Shown piece by piece: positions 38,069 to 43,789 of a DNA stretch of 43,789 nucleotides. The translations under genes were made by a program, and so were the position numbers. Within the stretch, counting starts at the first letter, position 1. The number at the start of each line of letters is the position of its first letter. Under the pieces are notes generated by a model. It made no database searches, was not told the origin of the DNA, and saw nothing but the letters and a program-made list of their open reading frames with translations. The DNA is taken from positions 1-43,789 of IMG/VR virus record IMGVR_UViG_3300020045_008873, one strand, 5' to 3'. This stretch comes from a virus (lineage: Duplodnaviria > Caudoviricetes).

Positions 38069-38362
38069 TTATTTACTCACTCTCTTTAGATCACCGTACA
38101 CGAGTCTGTACTTCATAACATGGCTACAACAGTTTTCAACAGCACTAGGCCAGCCCCGGCAATCGCAAATGACTCTGCCATCTACGATCATTACCGTATG
38201 CTCACCACTGCCTCCCCAAACTGAGAATGAGGTTTCAGTTTGCTGCATAATGGAAAGGTAGGCCGCCTTCACAAACATCTTATTCATTTGCCCAATGCGA
38301 CGTCGCTTGTCGCGAGGTAAGTCTTTGAGCTTTACGCCCTTCGGAGTATCAAACAACTGCAT
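38069..38362 (-). CDS. SWIM zinc-finger protein
   Basis: CDCRGW......CCSHV motif, AAGGA SD. Confidence 0.7.
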   Translation of the reverse strand: MQLFDTPKGVKLKDLPRDKRRRIGQMNKMFVKAAYLSIMQQTETSFSVWGGSGEHTVMIVDGRVICDCRGWPSAVENCCSHVMKYRLVYGDLKRVSK

Positions 38363-38384
38363 GGTGTTGTCCTTTCATGACAAA

Positions 38385-38500
38385 ATAAAAAACGTGCCTT
38401 TGGAGTAGTTACTTGTGGTCGCATTCCCTAGACCCAGGACGACACAAGTACACACTTCAAAAACACGTTTTCATGGGTCTAATTTAGGCCGCGACAGCCT
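38385..38500 (-). ncRNA. C4/CI-like structured leader RNA of the replication operon
   Basis: Long hairpin 38389-38471 ending in a T run. Internal TGGGTCTA and GCGAC are complementary to upstream TAGACCCA and GTCGC. Confidence 0.55.
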
Positions 38501-38517
38501 CTGCGTCTGACAAATGA

Positions 38518-38546
38518 ATTATACCTTGTTATCGATGTTTCGCCAA
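38518..38546 (-). promoter_or_regulatory. Sigma70-like promoter
   Basis: TTGGCG-17 nt-TATAAT. Confidence 0.7.
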
Positions 38547-38599
38547 ACTGTACCGCCTTTCCATGTGTTCTAGGAATAGAATAAATTATGAATTTTCCG

Positions 38600-38878
38600 T
38601 TAGTTTTCCTCGTACCGTTTACGTGGCTGGGGGCTTGCCAGCGTCAGAGTGCGAGCGCCCTTTTGCCCACGTACCAAAAACCCCTCCGAAACCAACTGCT
38701 TAACCCATACCGATACATTGCCCGCATCTTCGCGCTTGCCAGTCACGGCCTCCGCAATTTCCCACAAGGCCGGGCTGTAACCATGCTTGCCATGGTAGGA
38801 TCTAACGAAGTCCAGAATAGCTTGCTTGCGCTGGTTGCCTACAGGTTTGTAACGGCGCTGGCTCAAAATACTGTCCAT
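38600..38878 (-). CDS. LexA-like DNA-binding-domain protein (no peptidase domain)
   Basis: RKQAILDFVRSY...GYSPALWEIAEA...LVSEGFLVR....RTL. Confidence 0.8.
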   Translation of the reverse strand: MDSILSQRRYKPVGNQRKQAILDFVRSYHGKHGYSPALWEIAEAVTGKREDAGNVSVWVKQLVSEGFLVRGQKGARTLTLASPQPRKRYEEN

Positions 38879-38908
38879 TGGTTCACTCCCTTCATAAATG
38901 TTGCTCTA

Positions 38909-38937
38909 ATCATAAAAGATGTTATATGCAAAGTCAA
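38909..38937 (-). promoter_or_regulatory. Promoter with overlapping CATAA-N6-TTAT operator
   Basis: TTGACT-17-TATGAT. CATAAaagatgTTATA at 38911-38926. Confidence 0.72.
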
Positions 38938-39045
38938 TTGGTTGCGGTGTGTTCGATTTCGTGTTACAGTTTAGGGGCATAAGGTTGCTCCCCCTCTGCC
39001 GCAATCGCCCCAACATTATTAGACTGGGGCGGTTGTGATTCTAGG

Positions 39046-39600
39046 CTACTTCACTTTCAATGTAACCGGTTGCCCCTTGAACAGTGCGCTGGTATCATGC
39101 GGCCCCAGGTCGATAATCACCTGCGTGCCATTATCCGCCACCACGTAACCAGTCAGGCCGGCCGCCCCGCTCTTTTTGCCCATTAAGCGGTTCAATAACA
39201 TACCAAACTTCCATACAGGCCAGTCCTTAACGCTGGCCTTTTCCAGCGCCCATAGCGATTTATCTATATCGCCTAGCTTCATGGCCTCCCTGAAATGCGA
39301 GTAGCCACAGTTAGGAAAGGATACACGTGTATCCTTTTGGTAATACGTGCTCATGACCTTTCGCTGCTTCAGTGTAGAGGTGTTCACAGCAATCGCCGCT
39401 GCAAACTTGGTGATGGTATTATCCCCGTAGTGCTTTTGTATCCGTATCGCCAAGTCGCCCTGTCGCCAGCGGCGGACGGTCATATCTTCCTCATCATTCA
39501 CGCCAATAGATACCATCGCTTCCCATGTGTCTATGCCCTGTGCATAAGCCTCATCAATTGCCTGAATAGGGTCAGTAATAACGCGCGCTTTGGTAGTCAT
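39046..39600 (-). CDS. Hypothetical phage protein
   Basis: 184 aa, coupled to the nuclease gene, followed by a GC hairpin at ~39001-39036. Confidence 0.6.
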   Translation of the reverse strand: MTTKARVITDPIQAIDEAYAQGIDTWEAMVSIGVNDEEDMTVRRWRQGDLAIRIQKHYGDNTITKFAAAIAVNTSTLKQRKVMSTYYQKDTRVSFPNCGYSHFREAMKLGDIDKSLWALEKASVKDWPVWKFGMLLNRLMGKKSGAAGLTGYVVADNGTQVIIDLGPHDTSALFKGQPVTLKVK

Positions 39601-40049
39601 CAGAACTGCCAGCCCCCGCAGTTGCTACACTTAATGTCAGGAGTTTCAAATGTCGGATTGCTACAATGGCACACATTACTAACTAACCCTGCCACCCGCC
39701 TCCCGCCTAACAACGTAATCACCTGTTCAATGCAGGCTTGCGGGTCAGCTTCCAACATCTGCGGCGTGAAGCGCAAGAGCTTCCAGCCTAGCAATACTGC
39801 CCGATTATATTTCTCGCAGTCCTCAGTGAACCCGGCTCCGCGTGTATGCCGCCCTCCTGAAAATGCCCCGCCCTCCACTTCAACAGCCACTTTGGAAGGC
39901 CATGCAAAATCAAATTTCCAGTTGCGAGTAGGATGGAATTTGAACTCTCGTTCATAGGGCATACTCTCATCACCAAACAAATTCCAGTAAAAAATAAACG
40001 TGCGCTCGCCACTGCTAGGTTCTTTTAGTTTCTTCACTTTCACTGCCAT
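39600..40049 (-). CDS. PD-(D/E)XK endonuclease (DUF559-like phage family)
   Basis: EFKFHPTRNWKFDFAWP..VAVEVEGG....GRHTRG.G...DCEKYN.A...GW. Confidence 0.85.
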   Translation of the reverse strand: MAVKVKKLKEPSSGERTFIFYWNLFGDESMPYEREFKFHPTRNWKFDFAWPSKVAVEVEGGAFSGGRHTRGAGFTEDCEKYNRAVLLGWKLLRFTPQMLEADPQACIEQVITLLGGRRVAGLVSNVCHCSNPTFETPDIKCSNCGGWQF

Positions 40050-40076
40050 TTTGCACCTCATTTATTATTTTCATGC

Positions 40077-40124
40077 TTTACAATTCATAAGTTTTATTAT
40101 AGGATAAGTGCAGCAATTTAGCAA
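40077..40124. promoter_or_regulatory. Overlapping divergent promoters with operator
   Basis: Minus TTGCTA-17-TATAAT (40096-40124). Plus TTTACA-17-TAGGAT (40077-40105). CATAAgttttaTTATA at 40086-40101. Confidence 0.65.
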
Positions 40125-40141
40125 CTATGAAAGGGAGCAAC

Positions 40142-40594
40142 ATGGAAACAATCACGACAATCACGACAATTGAGCAGTTATTGGCAGCGTACAAAGATGG
40201 CACGTTGAAAGATAAGTTAGTTCAGATAATCGCCGCGACCCTGAGTGGCGCGAACTTGAGTGGCGCGAACTTGAGTGGCGCGACCCTGTTAAACACACGC
40301 GCCATATACTCTGCTTTTACACTCCACATGTCCAGCCGAACCGATAGTCTCACGGGTTACATCACCCTCATCAACGGGGAAATTGTTTTGATGCTCGAAG
40401 CGGGTTGCTGGTCTGGCACACCGGAAGAATTTCGCCAGCGCATTGCCGATAAAAAATCAGAAGCGGAGGGCGTGCAATATCTCGCCGCCACTGCATTCAT
40501 TGAAACGTGTTTTAATGACGACATGGCGGCGGGGCGTTGGGAGTATTTGAAAACGTGGGACGAAGATCATAAGAAAGTTGAGGGGCAATCATGA
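40142..40594 (+). CDS. Short pentapeptide-repeat protein
   Basis: ATLSG ANLSG ANLSG ATL, then AGCWSGTPEEF. Confidence 0.75.
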   Translation: METITTITTIEQLLAAYKDGTLKDKLVQIIAATLSGANLSGANLSGATLLNTRAIYSAFTLHMSSRTDSLTGYITLINGEIVLMLEAGCWSGTPEEFRQRIADKKSEAEGVQYLAATAFIETCFNDDMAAGRWEYLKTWDEDHKKVEGQS

Positions 40595-41412
40595 CCACTA
40601 CCTTGCAAGTTTCAGAAATCAGTATCAATGGTTATGTGCTATCAGTCACAACCCGCGACGGTGGCGACGATCTGAAGGTTCTGGAAGAATTGACCTTTCG
40701 TACAATTGCCGCATGGCTGTACATCGTCAAGTTACTTTTGTCGCAACACTACACGTTGGACATTGGCAGCGTGGAAGGACGCTATTGCGAAGAGCATAAA
40801 ATAGAACTGCCCGAAAAGTGGGGCGACTCCCGTGTAACTGTGTGGGATACCTTTCGAGGCAGCAACCGCATCAACTTCCACCTCAATAGCGACGATATTC
40901 CGCAGGTGGCAATTGACACATGGCTGGCGCAGCGCAATGCACTTGCCCGCGCAATGGAGGAGTATGGCACTGGCGAATCCGCGCCACAAAGCCCGCCAGC
41001 TCCCCGAAACCCGTTCAAGCCTACAGAAACGCCTAAACCACCCGCCGTTCCGCAAGACAGCGTACTGGTGGCAACCCTAGCCCCTACTCCCAACAAACCG
41101 CAGTATGCCGATGGGCAATTGGTGCAATTCACAGTCAATAAGATTGTGGCGAGTACCGGACAAGGAACGATAACCTATGCCTTGTGGGGTGCATTAGGTG
41201 TAAAGTACTCACTCATGACAATCTTCAAAAACAAAAAAGGCAGTGATGAGAACAGCGCCAATTACATTGCGGCTAAGGATACGCTTGTGGCGTTGGGGCT
41301 ATCAGTTGATGAGGGCAGGATTGAAGCGGCTGGTAAATGGCAACTGATAGTAAAGGCCAGTCACAAAGATGGCAAAGAGTACACCAACGTGGTTTCACTG
41401 GTAGCAGTCTAA
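40591..41412 (+). CDS. Hypothetical two-domain protein
   Basis: 273 aa, Pro-rich linker, ATGA-coupled. Confidence 0.65.
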   Translation: MTTTLQVSEISINGYVLSVTTRDGGDDLKVLEELTFRTIAAWLYIVKLLLSQHYTLDIGSVEGRYCEEHKIELPEKWGDSRVTVWDTFRGSNRINFHLNSDDIPQVAIDTWLAQRNALARAMEEYGTGESAPQSPPAPRNPFKPTETPKPPAVPQDSVLVATLAPTPNKPQYADGQLVQFTVNKIVASTGQGTITYALWGALGVKYSLMTIFKNKKGSDENSANYIAAKDTLVALGLSVDEGRIEAAGKWQLIVKASHKDGKEYTNVVSLVAV

Positions 41413-41463
41413 TCGTCCAGGATGATAGGGGCGCAATACCAGCGCCCCGGAAAGGTTCATAGC

Positions 41464-41736
41464 ATGATAACAAAAAACGAAATCAAAGTTACAGGTTCTA
41501 CATATTCTTTAAGCCTATCTAAGTTGGTAGGCAAGCAAATAGCAGATGTGACATTCTATGTGTCTCATTTTGACGAAGATACGCCAGTAATCAGACTGTG
41601 CCAGATTGTTTTTGATGATGGCAGTGAAATGGACATTGAAGGTGAGCACGACATGCCATACGCCACAACATATACAAAATGGCCTATGCCAAACACGGAC
41701 GATGAAACACTCGAAGAATTGGCTAAAGAGGAGTAA
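41464..41736 (+). CDS. Hypothetical protein
   Basis: Co-oriented ORF, AAGG SD before ATG 41464. Confidence 0.55.
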   Translation: MITKNEIKVTGSTYSLSLSKLVGKQIADVTFYVSHFDEDTPVIRLCQIVFDDGSEMDIEGEHDMPYATTYTKWPMPNTDDETLEELAKEE

Positions 41737-41740
41737 CAGC

Positions 41741-41953
41741 ATGGCATGGTTCAACGCAACGCCTTTAGAGCTGTCCATCGTTGAGCAGATTGAAACGGCC
41801 TTCAGTGACGAAACAATCGACGATGCTTACCGCGCCGGATTGATGATCCAATTATGGTACGAACTGGAACGGGCGCATGGTAGCAGGGTGCTGAGTCTGG
41901 TATCGCCAGAGGGCGCAATCATTGAGCGTCCAGTTTTTCTAGGAAGCAAATAA
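41741..41953 (+). CDS. Hypothetical protein (70 aa)
   Basis: GAGGAG SD before ATG 41741. Confidence 0.55.
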   Translation: MAWFNATPLELSIVEQIETAFSDETIDDAYRAGLMIQLWYELERAHGSRVLSLVSPEGAIIERPVFLGSK

Positions 41954-41974
41954 GCAAAACAGGGAGCAAGGAAT

Positions 41975-43108
41975 ATGAGCACAACGCAATCGGAAGCGTT
42001 TTATAAAGTAAACGCATTACTGGAAGAGCAACGGGACGCAGCGTATGAGGTGGCGCGCAACGCAATCGCAGGCCCCAGACCAACGCAAGGAACGCAGCCA
42101 ACGCTAGATGATTATCGCAAACGCAACACGGGAAAGTATTCGCCGCGCATGTTAATTGCGATTGATATTCTAGTTGCGTTCCTGATGGTAGTTGCGTTTT
42201 TTATGAGCGCAATACGCATTCACGCAACTGCGTTGACCGGGGCGCAATCGCTATTCGCAAATGACATTGCATCGCAATACTGGACTGCGTTATTTGTGGT
42301 GCTTTTGGCAGAGACCTGTCAAATCGTTTTCAGCGTTGCGTTTGCAACCACCGATAGCGTTTTGCAAAAGATTGCATACGCAGTCGGCGCTGCGTTTGGA
42401 ACGCTGATTGCGTTGTACGGCAATGGCGCAAAAGCAGAGCAAGGCATATCGCAAGAGCTTGCGTTGCTGGTTACGTATGTTCCTCCGGTGCTAACGCTCA
42501 TCGCAGCGCAAGTTTTAAAGTCGCATATGCTGCACGCAATCGAAGAACGCAGACAGTCAAACGCACTGTACGCAACTGCGTTAGATGAGTGGAAACGCAA
42601 TTTCGAGATTGCGTCTGCGGAGTGGACAACGCAATACTCAAACGCAACTGAACACGCAGAATGGACAATGCAACTGGCAAACGCACTACGCAATGCGTTG
42701 CGACTGGCAAACCGACAAAGCAAGGCGCAATTGCGTTTGCTCACCAACGCAGACTGGCACGCCCTAGTGCTGCGTGAACGCAATGCGTCTGAGTGGTGGA
42801 AGGTAGCTGAAACGCAAGTACAGCAGGAGGCAATGCGTTTTGAAGTGAAGCGTGCAACGCAGCGCAGCGGCGCAATGTCCACCGGATCGACTGGCGAAGT
42901 GAACGCAGCGGAAACAAAACGCAATGGCGATGCGTTTGTGAAAGTGTGTCCACACTGCCAGCAAGAATTTGAACGCGACACCGAGCGCAGCGCTACTAAC
43001 GCATTGGTAGCGCACATGAAAAAGCATAAGAACGAACGCAAAACGCAACGCAATGCAGTTCTGGAAGCTGAACTATTCTTGAACGGGCATAGCGAACCAA
43101 CCCCCTAA
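41975..43108 (+). CDS. Four-TM membrane protein with coiled coil and C-terminal C2H2-like zinc finger
   Basis: Four hydrophobic helices (DUF2637-like layout), a long helical region, and CPHC-x18-HMKKH. Confidence 0.75.
   Translation: MSTTQSEAFYKVNALLEEQRDAAYEVARNAIAGPRPTQGTQPTLDDYRKRNTGKYSPRMLIAIDILVAFLMVVAFFMSAIRIHATALTGAQSLFANDIASQYWTALFVVLLAETCQIVFSVAFATTDSVLQKIAYAVGAAFGTLIALYGNGAKAEQGISQELALLVTYVPPVLTLIAAQVLKSHMLHAIEERRQSNALYATALDEWKRNFEIASAEWTTQYSNATEHAEWTMQLANALRNALRLANRQSKAQLRLLTNADWHALVLRERNASEWWKVAETQVQQEAMRFEVKRATQRSGAMSTGSTGEVNAAETKRNGDAFVKVCPHCQQEFERDTERSATNALVAHMKKHKNERKTQRNAVLEAELFLNGHSEPTP
41984..43053. repeat. Dispersed ACGCA/TGCGT motif array inside the CDS
   Basis: Manual count ~30 ACGCA and ~16 TGCGT in ~1.1 kb. 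Confidence 0.9.
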
Positions 43109-43133
43109 TTAATGGGGCATCATCCTATCTCAA

Positions 43134-43162
43134 TTGACATAATTTTCCTTATGGATTATACT
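43134..43162 (+). promoter_or_regulatory. Near-consensus sigma70 promoter with operator
   Basis: TTGACA-17-TATACT. CATAAttttccTTATG at 43138-43153. Confidence 0.82.
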
Positions 43163-43202
43163 AAGTATATAGTCAAGTGAAGCAAGGAAACAGGGAGCAA
43201 TC

Positions 43203-43592
43203 ATGAGCAAAGTAGAGAATCTAGTAACCTTCGCCCGGCTGATACTAGGTCGCAAGGCTATCGTCGAAGCCTTTGAATCCGCACAGGACTTCGTAGGATG
43301 CGAAGTGCTGAACCGGTTGAATATTCCAGTATCACCCGATTCAAAAGGCGTGTTTGCCCTCGCAGTCATCACAGACATCCGTTGGGACAGTTCGGTACTG
43401 CCCGTCAACTGGCAAAAGGGGCAACCGGAAGGTGACTGGATGATTGAAATTCGTTATATCGCTACCGGATGGAAGTACTGGACTGACCAAAGCGCACTCA
43501 TCCTCACCGGAACCAAGTACGATGATGCTGGCGCGGCGGTTATCCAGGCCGCTCACAAAGCACAGATGCGCATGGAGGTGAGCCATGAGTAG
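43203..43592 (+). CDS. Hypothetical protein
   Basis: GGGAG SD downstream of a strong promoter. Confidence 0.65.
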   Translation: MSKVENLVTFARLILGRKAIVEAFESAQDFVGCEVLNRLNIPVSPDSKGVFALAVITDIRWDSSVLPVNWQKGQPEGDWMIEIRYIATGWKYWTDQSALILTGTKYDDAGAAVIQAAHKAQMRMEVSHE

Positions 43593-43789
43593 CCTTCCTA
43601 TGCGTCAAGGCACATCACACCACTTGCCACTTGTTACCACCGTGAAGATGACAGACGAAGAACGGGCGCAACTTCACATTGATGCAAAGAACTTGCAGCA
43701 GTACCTTTGCACCGCTACTCCCCGCAAGCAGTTCGGCAAAGAGGAATGTGATTTCATGCAGGCGGCGCTGGATATTTGCAGTCACAGTT
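43585..43789 (+). CDS. Hypothetical protein, partial
   Basis: GGAGGTG SD, ATG 43585, open to the window end. Confidence 0.5.
   Translation, partial: MSSLPMRQGTSHHLPLVTTVKMTDEERAQLHIDAKNLQQYLCTATPRKQFGKEECDFMQAALDICSHS

Noticed and set aside
7600-38380. TCATGA palindrome near several SDs (7606, 8341, 31874, 38375)
   Set aside because: A 6-8 bp match partly explained by stop-codon and SD context. Not distinguishable from chance.
38906-38980. 24-aa ORF MPLNCNTKSNTPQPIDFAYNIFYD with a good SD
   Set aside because: It overlaps a promoter and is too short to support. Could be a relic or leader peptide but there is no further evidence.
40236-40285. 15-bp tandem repeat as a CRISPR or DNA element
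   Set aside because: In-frame pentapeptide repeat with no spacers.
42319-43053. 244-aa antisense ORF and other overlapping ORFs in the zinc-finger gene
   Set aside because: No SD and no recognisable motifs. Best explained by the near-symmetric motif array suppressing stop codons.
1-43789. Integrase, lysis cassette, CRISPR array, reverse transcriptase / DGR, stop-codon reassignment
   Set aside because: No supporting motifs were recognised. Genes tile cleanly under the standard code with all three stop codons used.

Overview
This window is a ~44 kb segment of a tailed (siphovirus-like) bacteriophage or prophage. A Chloroflexota/Anaerolineae host is a weak inference from protein style only. 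Read on the minus strand from right to left it holds: a nuclease, a LexA-like repressor and a replication block (initiator, primase-helicase); beta-helix and lectin-like proteins; terS, terL, a portal-MuF fusion, a prohead protease/scaffold and the major capsid protein. Next comes a ~14.6 kb accessory stretch (MarR, five glycosyltransferase-like genes, two SAM methyltransferases, an SNF2-DNA methylase fusion) interleaved with head-tail genes. The left end holds the tail tube, frameshifted tail chaperones, tape measure and tail-tip genes. A divergent plus-strand early block starts at ~40.1 kb. No integrase, lysin, tRNA or CRISPR array was recognised. Main observations: (1) a 4-TM, C2H2 zinc-finger gene whose own coding sequence carries ~46 ACGCA/TGCGT motifs; (2) a promoter- and terminator-bounded structured RNA at 8.3 kb whose loop (CCCUGAC) is complementary to tandem GUCAG(G) boxes in three morphogenesis leaders; (3) a glycosylation/O-methylation island whose two outer glycosyltransferases share a small C-terminal domain; (4) a GIY-YIG endonuclease inserted in the terL 3' end that supplies a recoded replacement C-terminus; (5) a HiPIP-like cysteine domain on the prohead protease. 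All motif counts were made by eye and no searches were run.
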